A DNA stretch of 64,000 bases, taken from Kiritimatiellia bacterium. Lineage in GTDB: Bacteria; Verrucomicrobiota; Kiritimatiellia; RFP12; UBA1067. A program made the translations under genes and the position numbers. Position 1 is the stretch's first letter, and the number at the start of each line of letters is the position of its first letter. Location: assembly GCA_035353175.1 (NCBI GenBank), contig DAOPZC010000018.1, positions 951 to 64,950 on the forward strand, in the 5' to 3' direction. Positions 48,192 through 57,427 of the stretch are shown one piece after another. The notes under the pieces are model-generated. The model was not told the DNA's origin and ran no database searches. It saw nothing but the letters and a program-made list of their open reading frames with translations.

Positions 48192-49496
48192 ATGAGAGGT
48201 TCCGTTCCTGTTTTTCTGCTGGCATTTTCTGCGGGGCTGTCGTCGGCCGCGCCCGCGGCGCTGACGCTCGCGGGCGATTGGCAAATCAAGGTTGAGTCGG
48301 ATGGCATCGCGGCGACGGTGACGGTGGACGCGCCCGATGTGGTCAAGGTGGCGGTTGAAAAGATCGCCGCGTTGCCGGTTTACAACCCCAAGGCGGCGCA
48401 GTATGCGCGGGGCGCGAAACTGGCCGGGGTGCGGGCGCAGGAGTGTTCGGTCCGGCATGCGCTGGATCCCGAGTCGCTGGTGGTGCGGCCGGCGCCGGAT
48501 GCGGCGGCGTACGTGCGCGGCAAGGACTATGAGGCCGAGTTGACGTGGGGGTGTGTGGGCCGGCTGGAGGGCGGGGCGATCGGCGCCTCGACGCCGGTCG
48601 TGGTGAGCTACGCCTACGGCACGATGCGGCTGGACGCGGTGGTGCTGACGGCCGACAAGAAGGCCGTCTTGCGCAAAGGCGTGCCGCATGTCTCTCTGCC
48701 CGAAGCGCCGGCAACGGCGCCGGGGGAGACGCGGCTGGCCAACATCTGGGTGACGCCGCGGCTGACGAAACTGGCGGAGGAGAATCTGTTCCCCGTGCTT
48801 GAGGGGGCGTATCCCGAACCGCCGAAGGCCTCGCCGACGGCGGCGGAACGGCTCATACCCAAGGCGATGGCGAAGCTCAACGCGGGCGGCGCGCTGCGCA
48901 TTTTGGCGTGGGGCGACAGCGTGACGGCCGACGGGTTTTTGCCCGAGCCCGAGAAGGATCGCTGGCAGGCGCAGTTCGTGCGGCGTCTGAAGGCGCGCTA
49001 TCCGCAGGCGCAGATCGAGCTGATCACGGAGGCGTGGGGCGGGCGCAACACCGACAGCTACCGCAGGGAGCCGCCGGGCAGCGTCCACAACTACAAGGAA
49101 AAGGTGCTGGATGTGCGGCCGGATCTGGTCATCTCGGAGTTCGTCAACGACGCGGGGCTCAGCGAGGCCGCGGTGTTTGAGCGCTACGGCCGCATCCGCG
49201 ACGAGTTCAAGGCGGTCGGTGCGGAGTGGATCATCCTGACGCCGCATTACGTGCGGCCGGACTGGATGGGGCTGACGTCCGAGAAGGGGATCGATGAGGA
49301 TCCGCGGCCCTATGTGAAGGCGCTGCGGAAGTTCACGGCGGAGAACAACCTCGCGCTGGCGGACGCGTCGCTGCGCTACGGGCGTCTGTGGCGGCAGGGT
49401 ATCCCCTATTCGACGCTGATGATGAACAACATCAATCACCCGAATCCGTTCGGCATGGGACTCTTCGCGGACGCGCTGATGGCGCTGTTCTCGTGA
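48192..49496 (+). CDS. Secreted SGNH/GDSL hydrolase-family protein with N-terminal beta domain
   Basis: Signal peptide. LAWGDSVT (GDS block) and NHPNPFG (DxxH-like block). Poly-G RBS. Confidence 0.6.
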   Translation: MRGSVPVFLLAFSAGLSSAAPAALTLAGDWQIKVESDGIAATVTVDAPDVVKVAVEKIAALPVYNPKAAQYARGAKLAGVRAQECSVRHALDPESLVVRPAPDAAAYVRGKDYEAELTWGCVGRLEGGAIGASTPVVVSYAYGTMRLDAVVLTADKKAVLRKGVPHVSLPEAPATAPGETRLANIWVTPRLTKLAEENLFPVLEGAYPEPPKASPTAAERLIPKAMAKLNAGGALRILAWGDSVTADGFLPEPEKDRWQAQFVRRLKARYPQAQIELITEAWGGRNTDSYRREPPGSVHNYKEKVLDVRPDLVISEFVNDAGLSEAAVFERYGRIRDEFKAVGAEWIILTPHYVRPDWMGLTSEKGIDEDPRPYVKALRKFTAENNLALADASLRYGRLWRQGIPYSTLMMNNINHPNPFGMGLFADALMALFS

Positions 49497-49581
49497 TGCG
49501 GCCTCGTCGGGACGGGCTGCAAAACGGCGGCAGGCGCGGAGCGATGAAAGTCGGGATGAAAACAACGGGCAAGGAGATATT

Positions 49582-51267
49582 GTGACGCGTGAGACGGGGC
49601 TGAGGCTGGTGAAGGGCGCTGCGGCGGCGATGAGCGGCCTGCTGCTGTGGGTGGCGTTCCCTCCGCAGGCGCAGTCGGACAGCGCGTGGATGGCGCTCGT
49701 GCCGCTGATGCTGGTGATCCGCCACAGTGCGCCGCGGGCGGCGGCGGGATGGGCGTGGCTGGCGGGGCTGGTCTTCTGGGTGCTGACGCTGAGTTGGTTC
49801 CCCGCGATCATCAAGAACGGCGGGCCGTGGCCGCTGGTGGTGTTGGGGCAGGCGGGGCTGGCCGCGTGGTGCGCGGCGTTTCTGGCGCTTTTCGCGTTCG
49901 CTTCGTCCCGCGCGTGGCGATGGGCGGGCGCGGCCCCCGGATGGCGGCGCGTGGCCGCGGTGGCGGCGCTCGACCCGCTGATGTGGGCAGGCTCGGAAGT
50001 GGCGCGCGGATGGCTTTTTTCGGGGTTCGCTTGGAACTTCCTCGGGGTGAGCCAAGTGTCGAACCTGCATCTGATTCAGACCGCGTCGGTGGCCGGCGTG
50101 TATGGCGTTTCGGCCCTGCTGGTGCTGGGCAACGGCGCGGTGGCGAGCGTGCTGGAGCGCGCGGCAACCCCCTTTGTGGCGCGCTTGAAACGGGGCCCGG
50201 AGAGAGTCGGGCCGAGAACGGGTTTCGGCGGCCGGCTGTTCCGTTCGGCGGAGACTTTTCTGCCGCTGGCCGCGGTGATGGTCTGCTGGTACTGGGGCAT
50301 GACGAGGACGCTGGCGTGGCGGCGGCAGGAGTGCCAGGCCGCTTCGTGGCGGGTTGCGCTGGTTCAGCCCAATTCGCCGTGCGTGTTCGCGATCAACGAC
50401 GATGCGGTGCGCTCGCAGCAGGAACTGCTGGTGAACCAGACGCGTCTCGCGGGGGCGGCCAAGCCTGACCTCGTGGTGTGGCCCGAGACGGCGGTGCTGG
50501 GATCGGTGCCCTACGAGCCGGAGACGATGAAGGTGATCCGCGAGGGCGCCGAGGCGGCTGGCGCGCCGCTCTTGACCGGGGCGCTGGAGGTCGAAAAGAC
50601 GGCGGTGACGCCCTCCGCGCCCGAGGGCCTGTTCTTTTACAATGCGGCCTGGCTCTTTTCTGTGACCGGCGAGCCGATGGGGCGTTACCGCAAGCGACAC
50701 TTGGTGCCGTTCGGCGAGTATATCCCCTTGGACAAGACGATTCCCTTTCTCCAGCGGCTGGCGCCGACGGGGGTGAGCTGCACGCCGGGGCGTGACCCGG
50801 GCGTGTTGCATGTGACGCGGGCGGCGGGCGAGGTCTTGAGTATGGGGCCGCTCATCTGTTTCGAGGACACGGTGCCGTCGCTGAGCCGCGGGGCGGTGCG
50901 GGCCGGCGCGCGGCTGCTGGTGCTGATGACGAACGACGCGTGGTTCAACGGATCGATCGAGCCGGTGCAGCATTTGAGCCAGTCGGTGTTCCGCGCGGTT
51001 GAGAACGGGGTGCCGCTGGTGCGGGCGGCCAACTCGGGGGTGTCGTGCGTGGTGGATGCGGTGGGGCGGGTCAAACGGCTGGAGTCCGGCGGAGCGGTGG
51101 CCGATTTCGACGGGTTCTTGGTGATGCCGGTGGCGGTGCCGCGCGAGCCGCTGGCCGCGCCGTATACCCGTTGGGGCGACTGGGTCTTGGGGTTCCCCGG
51201 CCTGGCAATGGTGCTCGGCGTGGGAGCCTTCGGCCTCTTCGGGGCGAAACGCGGAAAGCGTGAATGA
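49582..51267 (+). CDS. lnt: Apolipoprotein N-acyltransferase
   Basis: Multi-TM N-terminus. CN-hydrolase domain (VALVQPN, VVWPETAV, LICFEDTVP with catalytic Cys). GTG start after AAGGAG. Confidence 0.8.
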   Translation: MTRETGLRLVKGAAAAMSGLLLWVAFPPQAQSDSAWMALVPLMLVIRHSAPRAAAGWAWLAGLVFWVLTLSWFPAIIKNGGPWPLVVLGQAGLAAWCAAFLALFAFASSRAWRWAGAAPGWRRVAAVAALDPLMWAGSEVARGWLFSGFAWNFLGVSQVSNLHLIQTASVAGVYGVSALLVLGNGAVASVLERAATPFVARLKRGPERVGPRTGFGGRLFRSAETFLPLAAVMVCWYWGMTRTLAWRRQECQAASWRVALVQPNSPCVFAINDDAVRSQQELLVNQTRLAGAAKPDLVVWPETAVLGSVPYEPETMKVIREGAEAAGAPLLTGALEVEKTAVTPSAPEGLFFYNAAWLFSVTGEPMGRYRKRHLVPFGEYIPLDKTIPFLQRLAPTGVSCTPGRDPGVLHVTRAAGEVLSMGPLICFEDTVPSLSRGAVRAGARLLVLMTNDAWFNGSIEPVQHLSQSVFRAVENGVPLVRAANSGVSCVVDAVGRVKRLESGGAVADFDGFLVMPVAVPREPLAAPYTRWGDWVLGFPGLAMVLGVGAFGLFGAKRGKRE

Positions 51268-51277
51268 GGGGGGGGCA

Positions 51278-52987
51278 ATGACACTGCAAGAGCTGGAGCG
51301 GCGCTCGTCGGCGGTGACGCTGTCGGATATGGAGATCTTCATCTTTCCTGAGCTGATGTACAGCCTGGTGCTGGCGAACATCATGTCGCCGCGTCTCTGG
51401 CTGTGGCGGGACGATCCGTGGTTCAAAGGCATCCGCAAAATGAAGCCCTACCGCCGGTTGCAGAGGCTGAAGCAGTACATCATGGACCACTACGTCTTCA
51501 ACCTTGACCTGGAGACGTGGGGACTGACGGATCAGAAGCGCGAACTGGCCCGGTTTTCCGAGTTTTTGGATCCTGAGGTGATCGCGCAGTCGAACGCGCT
51601 GTTCGGATATGAGGGCGACACCTATTATTTCGACATCGACATCCGCACCCACTTCGGCTTGGACAAGTATGCGTCCGACGTTATCCCGTACTGGAAGACC
51701 GAGACCGTGGAGGCGATGGACGCGTTCCGTTTTCGGGAGGGGTTTGCGACGGGCGCGGGCGAGTGCGTATCGCTCGCGGCACTCTATGCCGCAGCCCTGT
51801 TTGTGGTGGCGGGCATTCCGCTCGAAAAGGTTTTTCTGATGGCCACGCCGTTGCATTCGCAAAACTTCGTGGACGCGGACGACGGCGTGCTGATCAACAA
51901 CCGCCGGCTGGTGACGAAGGCGATGTGGTTCAACGGCACGCAGATCTCCGGGCAGGCGCGCCGGGCGCTGGAGCACGAGCGGGTGACGATTGTCTCGCAT
52001 CCGACCGGCTGGATCCATACGCTTTATCGGCAGGCGACCATCGAGCCGGAGAGTTACGGCCGTTTCGCCGCGCAGTTGCGCACGTATCTCAAGACCCCGC
52101 TGACGCCCGAGATCCTCGGCAACTTCCTGCGGCAGAACCCGCGCTGTCGCCAGTGTTTCGTTTTGCGGTGGCCCGTTCACGGCGTCAACCGCTACCTCAC
52201 GCTGGAGCAGGCGTTCAGCTTCGAGCAAGAGAGCTCGTACAAGGTGACGGACGCGACGCGCGACAAGCTGCTGGCCATGATTCCGATGGAGACCTTTGCG
52301 GCCTCGTGCTGTCCCTGCAAGGTCGTGCTGAACGACATCGAAGAGTTTGTGCGGGCGCGGTCAATCGACCTGGACAAGCCGGAGGACCTCCGTGCGCTGA
52401 AGGACAAGATCGGCGACGCCTGCATGAGCGCCACGGAGATGGTGGCGCAGCTGGTGCGCTTTTGCCACACGGAACCGCGCCTGCCGGCGACGGCGGGTGT
52501 GGCGTTCGAGTCGGAGCAGCCTCCGGTGCGTTTGGCGGCGGAGATGACGCGCGAGGAGATGGTCGCGCAGATCGAATCGCTGCGCGGCAGGAATGTGACG
52601 GCGGATATGGCTTTTTATGCTTGGCGCGACTTGTCGCGCACGCCTTACGCGCCGTTCGCGAAGGCGGCTCTGGAGAGGAATCCGGTGAGCGTGGCAGGCG
52701 CGGAAGGGCTGGCCGAAGAGTCCCTTGTGTCGCGCGTGGCGTCGTGGCCGGCCGAGTCGATTTATGACGGCCCGGCGCGGCTGGCGCAGCCGGATGAGGT
52801 CTGGAACTTCCGCCGCGGGGATGGTTTCGAGAAGGCCCTGCTGGTGGCGAATGTCGTGCGGAGCAGGGGCGCTCGCGCGCTGCGGTTGGCGCTGGAGGAG
52901 GGAACCGCGGTCTTGTCCGAGGGCGACCGGCGGGTGTGCGCGTTCCCGTCCGTGAAATCGCCGGCAGAGACCGTTTGGGCGCTGTGA
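51278..52987 (+). CDS. Transglutaminase-like cysteine-peptidase superfamily protein (weak assignment)
   Basis: GAGECVSLAALYAAALFVVAGIP resembles the transglutaminase-like Cys core, with downstream His (SHPTGWIH). Poly-G RBS. 569 aa, otherwise unrecognised. Confidence 0.4.
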   Translation: MTLQELERRSSAVTLSDMEIFIFPELMYSLVLANIMSPRLWLWRDDPWFKGIRKMKPYRRLQRLKQYIMDHYVFNLDLETWGLTDQKRELARFSEFLDPEVIAQSNALFGYEGDTYYFDIDIRTHFGLDKYASDVIPYWKTETVEAMDAFRFREGFATGAGECVSLAALYAAALFVVAGIPLEKVFLMATPLHSQNFVDADDGVLINNRRLVTKAMWFNGTQISGQARRALEHERVTIVSHPTGWIHTLYRQATIEPESYGRFAAQLRTYLKTPLTPEILGNFLRQNPRCRQCFVLRWPVHGVNRYLTLEQAFSFEQESSYKVTDATRDKLLAMIPMETFAASCCPCKVVLNDIEEFVRARSIDLDKPEDLRALKDKIGDACMSATEMVAQLVRFCHTEPRLPATAGVAFESEQPPVRLAAEMTREEMVAQIESLRGRNVTADMAFYAWRDLSRTPYAPFAKAALERNPVSVAGAEGLAEESLVSRVASWPAESIYDGPARLAQPDEVWNFRRGDGFEKALLVANVVRSRGARALRLALEEGTAVLSEGDRRVCAFPSVKSPAETVWAL

Positions 52988-53163
52988 GAAAAGGTTGGCA
53001 TGGGTTTTGCATTTAATAACCCGCCTTCGACGGCATAAGTGTCGAGAAGATGCCAAAGGGAAGCTCCAACAGCGGGTTTTCCGATAGAACCGCCAGGATC
53101 GGACATTCGGGGTGCATACAAGGCAAAGCATGTTTGTGCGGAGCCTGTATCCGAAAGTATTCG

Positions 53164-53204
53164 GGTCCGCCACGTCGGGGGACGTGGCGGACCTTGTTTT
53201 CTTT
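53164..53204 (+). terminator. Strong rho-independent terminator (13-bp GC-rich stem, GGGG loop, T-tract)
   Basis: GGTCCGCCACGTC-GGGG-GACGTGGCGGACC followed by TTGTTTTCTTT. Lies about 180 nt downstream of the 51278..52987 CDS stop. Confidence 0.7.
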
Positions 53205-53292
53205 AAAAGACCGTAATGTTTGATTTTTCGTGTTGCGGTCCCCGTTTCACTATAGTAAACTACAAAACACCTGATCTTATAAGGAGAAGACA

Positions 53293-54585
53293 ATGCAAAA
53301 ATCGTTTTATGTGTGTCTCGCGGCAGGTCTGATGGGCGCGACGATGGCGTGTGCCGATGAGTTGGCAGATGCGCCGCGCTGGTATGTCAGCCCGGGGGTG
53401 GGCATGATGTTTTTCGAGGGCAACCAGCCGGCCGACGAAGGGCTGAACATGGTGCTCCGTTTGGGTTACGACATTTCCGAACACTGGTCGGCTGAAGGCG
53501 GTGTGTCGTGGGCTCCGAACATCACGAGCAACGGCAGAGATGGACGCGATGATGGGCAAGAGGGTTACGATTTCAGCGGGCAAAGCGTGCGAGGCCTCTT
53601 CTTGGACGGCCTCTATCACTTCAATCGTTACAATCGCCTGGATCCTTATCTGACGGGTGGCTTCGGATATTACCGCGCGAATGACCGCATCTTCAACGAG
53701 GGCGGCGAATTCAGCGTCGCCGGACCGCGGGTCGGCGCCGGCGTGATGTATCATCTGAACGACCGGTGGTCGCTGCGTGCGGACACCCGCGCGTTCATGG
53801 CGGTGGATACGACCTGCGAGATGATTTACACGGCTGACGCGGGCGTCGCATACCGGTTCGGCGGTGCCAGCAAGCCGGCCGCGGAGAGTGGTGCGGCGGT
53901 GGTGGCTGGCTTGCCGAAGGATTCGGACGGCGATGGTTTGACGGATGATGAAGAGGCCAAGTTGGGAACCGATCCCTTCAACAAGGACACGGACGGCGAC
54001 GGCCTGACGGATGGCGACGAGGTCAAGGTCTACAAGACCAATCCGTTGAACCCCGACACCGACTTCGACGGACTCAAGGACGGCGAGGAGGTCCTCACCT
54101 ACAAGACCAATCCGCTGGAGCGCGACACCGACAAGGGCGGCGTGGCCGACGGGCACGAAGTGATTGAGGATCACACCAATCCGCTGGATCCCTCCGACGA
54201 TCTGATGCTGTTCGAGGTCTACATCCAGTTCGATTATGACACCACGGTGATCAAACCCGAGTATTTCGGCGAGATCGATCAGGTCGTGCGCGTGCTGCAG
54301 CGCAACACGCAGGCGACGGCGGTGATCGAAGGCCATGCGGACCGCCGCACCCGCTCCAGCGAGAAGTACAATCAGGATCTCTCGGAGCGCCGTGCTCAGG
54401 CCGTCCAGTCCTACATGGTCGGCAAGGGCGTTCCGGGCAACCGCATGTCGGCGGTCGGATATGGCTTCAGCCGGCCGAAAGTGCAGCCCGACCTGGTCAA
54501 CGGCAATCCGGAAAACCGCCGCGTGGAGATTTACATCCGCGGTGCCGGGACGAATGCGGACAAGGCCAAGTACGTGAATCCGTAA
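53293..54585 (+). CDS. OmpA-family outer membrane protein with thrombospondin type-3 repeats
   Basis: Signal peptide. N-terminal beta-barrel. Repeated D.DGDGL.D.E.....P...DTD. C-terminal OmpA_C (peptidoglycan-binding) domain. AAGGAGAA RBS. Confidence 0.8.
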   Translation: MQKSFYVCLAAGLMGATMACADELADAPRWYVSPGVGMMFFEGNQPADEGLNMVLRLGYDISEHWSAEGGVSWAPNITSNGRDGRDDGQEGYDFSGQSVRGLFLDGLYHFNRYNRLDPYLTGGFGYYRANDRIFNEGGEFSVAGPRVGAGVMYHLNDRWSLRADTRAFMAVDTTCEMIYTADAGVAYRFGGASKPAAESGAAVVAGLPKDSDGDGLTDDEEAKLGTDPFNKDTDGDGLTDGDEVKVYKTNPLNPDTDFDGLKDGEEVLTYKTNPLERDTDKGGVADGHEVIEDHTNPLDPSDDLMLFEVYIQFDYDTTVIKPEYFGEIDQVVRVLQRNTQATAVIEGHADRRTRSSEKYNQDLSERRAQAVQSYMVGKGVPGNRMSAVGYGFSRPKVQPDLVNGNPENRRVEIYIRGAGTNADKAKYVNP

Positions 54586-54620
54586 TCCGGGTGCAGGCGT
54601 TTTTGATTCAGCGCTGACAA

Positions 54621-54667
54621 AAGGCCGCAGAGAAACAGGCGTTTCTTATGCGGCCTTTTGTCTTTGG
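54621..54667 (+). terminator. Rho-independent terminator after the OmpA/TSP3 gene
   Basis: GGCCGCAGAGAAAC-aggc-GTTTCTTATGCGGCC extended hairpin followed by TTTTGTCTTT. Confidence 0.7.
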
Positions 54668-54674
54668 ATGACGC

Positions 54675-55763
54675 ATGAAGATCATCGAGCGATATGTTTT
54701 GCAGTCCTTTTTGGCCGCTTTCTTTCTGGCTTGGCTGGTCTTGTCGTTTGTCCTGACGATTGGACTGCTGGTGCGGATCACGAAGCTGCTGATCGAGGGT
54801 TTGCCGTTGCGGGCGATCGGCCTCTTTCTGCTGGTCGGGCTGCCCGAGACGCTGACGCTGACGGTCCCGATCGCGCTGTTGGTCAGCGCGCTGCTCGTCT
54901 TCAGCCGGCTTTCCGCCGACAGCGAAATCGCGGCGATGAGGGCCTGCGGGGTGAATCTTCTGCACATCATGAAGTGGCCCCTTTTGGTGGGCGTCGCCTG
55001 CACGTTTCTCGGGTTCTACATCAACAACGAAGTCGTGCCGCGGAGTCATGAGGTCAGGCGCAATCTGCGTTCGCTGATCAGCGTGGACGTCGGCCTCGAC
55101 CTGCTTGAGCCCGGACGCATGATCGACGATTTCCCGAACCTCAAAATCTTCTTCGAGAAAAAAGACGGCAATTGGCTGCACGACCTGCTGGTGTTCGACT
55201 ACAGCCAAAAAGGGGTGACGCGCGAAATCCGTGCGGAAAAGGCCCTGGTGTCGACGAACGGCGCGGACATCGTGCTGGATATGTACAAGGTGCGCGTAGA
55301 TCCGATCGAGGCGGAACGTCCCGGCATGGCGGCGGCCGACCGGTTTCAGCATGTGATCCCGGACGCGCTGAAGAAGCGCGCCTATGTCCGCAAGGAGAAG
55401 GACTTCCGTCTCCTTGAGCTGAAGGCGGCGATCCGGGATTTCCGGGCGAACGAAAAGTTGCCCCGTCCGTTGAAACGCATGCTGCTCAGCATTCACCGCA
55501 CGCAGTACCACACGCGGCTGGTTTATGCGTTCGCTTCGCTTTGCTTTGTGCTGATTGGCGCGCCGCTCGGCATCCGGACCCACCGCAAGGAGTCGACGGT
55601 CGGCATGGCGGTGAGCATGGCGGTGGCGATGGCCTATTATCTGTGCGTGATTCTGGCGGAATCGTTGGACAAGATGCCGACGTGTCAGCCGTACGTGTTG
55701 GTCTGGCTGCCCGTGGCGGCGTGCGCACTACTTGCCTCTTATTTGATTCCCAAAAATCTTTAG
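54675..55763 (+). CDS. LPS export permease LptF/LptG family (YjgP/YjgQ)
   Basis: MKIIERYVLQSFLAAFF N-terminus is typical. Six TM helices with a periplasmic beta-jellyroll region. Confidence 0.75.
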   Translation: MKIIERYVLQSFLAAFFLAWLVLSFVLTIGLLVRITKLLIEGLPLRAIGLFLLVGLPETLTLTVPIALLVSALLVFSRLSADSEIAAMRACGVNLLHIMKWPLLVGVACTFLGFYINNEVVPRSHEVRRNLRSLISVDVGLDLLEPGRMIDDFPNLKIFFEKKDGNWLHDLLVFDYSQKGVTREIRAEKALVSTNGADIVLDMYKVRVDPIEAERPGMAAADRFQHVIPDALKKRAYVRKEKDFRLLELKAAIRDFRANEKLPRPLKRMLLSIHRTQYHTRLVYAFASLCFVLIGAPLGIRTHRKESTVGMAVSMAVAMAYYLCVILAESLDKMPTCQPYVLVWLPVAACALLASYLIPKNL

Positions 55764-55793
55764 TGTGATATGAAACAAGGAGAGATGGACATG

Positions 55794-56570
55794 GCGACAA
55801 TTCATCCGACAGCAATTGTTGATGCGAAGGCGCAACTGGACAAGGACGTCGAAGTGGGCCCGTATGCGATCATTGGGCCCGACGTCAAGGTCGGCGAGGG
55901 TACGGTGGTCCAGGCGCATGCGTATATCAGCGGGCATACGACGATCGGCAAGCGGTGCGAAATCTTCCCGTTCGCTTGCGTCGGCATGAAGACGCAGGAT
56001 TTGAAGTATCAGGCCGGTGATATCACCTATGCCGAGATCGGCGACGAGACGGTTTTGCGCGAGTTCTCGACGGTGCATCTCGGGACCAAGCCGGGCGAGG
56101 TGACGCGTGTCGGCTGCAACTGCCTGGTCATGGCCTACTGCCACATCGCGCACGGCTGCAGGGTCGGCAATCATGTGATCATGTCGAACCTTGCGACGCT
56201 GGCCGGCGAAGTGACGATTGAGGATTTTGCGATCCTTGGCGGGATGGCGGGTGTCCACCAGTTTTGCCGTGTCGGCACACACGCCATGATCGGCGGCGCT
56301 ACGAAGATCCGGCAGGACTGCCCGCCCTATATGGTGGTCGACGCTTCCGGCACAGATGTGCGCGTGGCGGGCCCGAACATCGTCGGATTGCAGCGCCGCG
56401 GTTTTTCGTCGGAGGTCCGATCCGCGCTGAAAGAGGCGTACAAACTGATCTATCGCGAAGGGCTGAACCGCACGCAGGCACTGGAGCGTATCAAATACGA
56501 AATAGCGGACCTGCCGGAAATCAAGATCCTCGTCGATTTCTATCAGAACAGCCAGCGCGGCGTTCACTGA
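55794..56570 (+). CDS. lpxA: Acyl-ACP--UDP-N-acetylglucosamine O-acyltransferase
   Basis: IHPTAIVD... hexapeptide repeats, then a C-terminal helical domain. The start could instead be at 55788. Confidence 0.85.
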   Translation, partial: ATIHPTAIVDAKAQLDKDVEVGPYAIIGPDVKVGEGTVVQAHAYISGHTTIGKRCEIFPFACVGMKTQDLKYQAGDITYAEIGDETVLREFSTVHLGTKPGEVTRVGCNCLVMAYCHIAHGCRVGNHVIMSNLATLAGEVTIEDFAILGGMAGVHQFCRVGTHAMIGGATKIRQDCPPYMVVDASGTDVRVAGPNIVGLQRRGFSSEVRSALKEAYKLIYREGLNRTQALERIKYEIADLPEIKILVDFYQNSQRGVH

Positions 56571-57427
56571 TCGGCGGGCGGGAAGACCCCGTCGGCCAGT
56601 TGCCCGGTGCGCGCCTTGAGCTCGCGCCACGCATCGAGGTAGACGCGCAGGAATGCGCCCTCGGGCTTCTGGATGCGCTCGTCGAGCAGGCGCCTGAGGC
56701 GCTGTTGCTCGACGACGTAGTCGGTCTCGGAAAAGCAGCCGGAAAAGAAGGCCATGCGCAGCCAGACCAGATAGGTGGTGAGTGCGTCGAAGCAGTTGTA
56801 TTCGACGATCTTCCGCGCTTGCCCCCGGAACCAAAGGCCACAGACGTCGTCGCCCGTCGTGTCCAGTTTTCCGGGAATTCCCGAGAGCGTGGCGATCTCG
56901 TTGAGGGAGACGGCGTAGTTCTTGCCGAAACCGCTGACGAGTTCCATCAGGTCGACGTCGCGGCTTTCCCACGGTTTGGCGTCCAGCCGCGCGCACAGGC
57001 TCTTGAGCGTGAGCCCTTTCACGACCGCTCTCTGGGTGAGTATCCTCAGGTCGGCATTGCGTGAGTTAAAGCCGACGAGCTGGGGGTCGCGGCTGACGAG
57101 CCCGTCGCTCAGGAAGCGCTTGAGAATGTAGGCTTCGTCCTGCGACGGATCTTCCGGGTTTTCCGGCAAGGCCTGAAGATAGAGCTGCACGTCGCCGTTT
57201 TGGAAAACCCGCCGGATGACGGTGGCGATGGAGACCACGCGGCAGAAGAGCGTCCTCAGAAACGGTGTCGGGTTCTCGGCGGTGGCGCCGCCCTGTTCCC
57301 ACATCACGCGCAAGACCTCGCCGTCGGGCAGATCGTCCGGCAGGTGGTAGAGCAGCCGGCCGGCCTGAAGGTCGGGAACCCATTCGCAATCGAATGCCCA
57401 GACTTCGTTCGCGACGGCCTTGATCAT
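56564..57427 (-). CDS. Predicted DEDDy 3'-5' exonuclease (PolB-exonuclease-like, RNase H fold)
   Basis: Exo I FDCEW, Exo II GFNSRNADL, Exo III YNCFDALTTY. Its ATG overlaps the upstream gene's stop (ATGA). Confidence 0.55.
   Translation of the reverse strand: MIKAVANEVWAFDCEWVPDLQAGRLLYHLPDDLPDGEVLRVMWEQGGATAENPTPFLRTLFCRVVSIATVIRRVFQNGDVQLYLQALPENPEDPSQDEAYILKRFLSDGLVSRDPQLVGFNSRNADLRILTQRAVVKGLTLKSLCARLDAKPWESRDVDLMELVSGFGKNYAVSLNEIATLSGIPGKLDTTGDDVCGLWFRGQARKIVEYNCFDALTTYLVWLRMAFFSGCFSETDYVVEQQRLRRLLDERIQKPEGAFLRVYLDAWRELKARTGQLADGVFPPADQ

Noticed and set aside
46497-49814. 1105-aa minus-strand ORF spanning recN, the SGNH hydrolase and the lnt start
   Set aside because: Arg/Pro-rich and crosses three independently well-supported plus-strand genes; a GC-driven artefact.
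49432-51438. 668-aa minus-strand ORF antisense to lnt
   Set aside because: Arg/His/Pro-rich; lnt CN-hydrolase motifs are on the plus strand.
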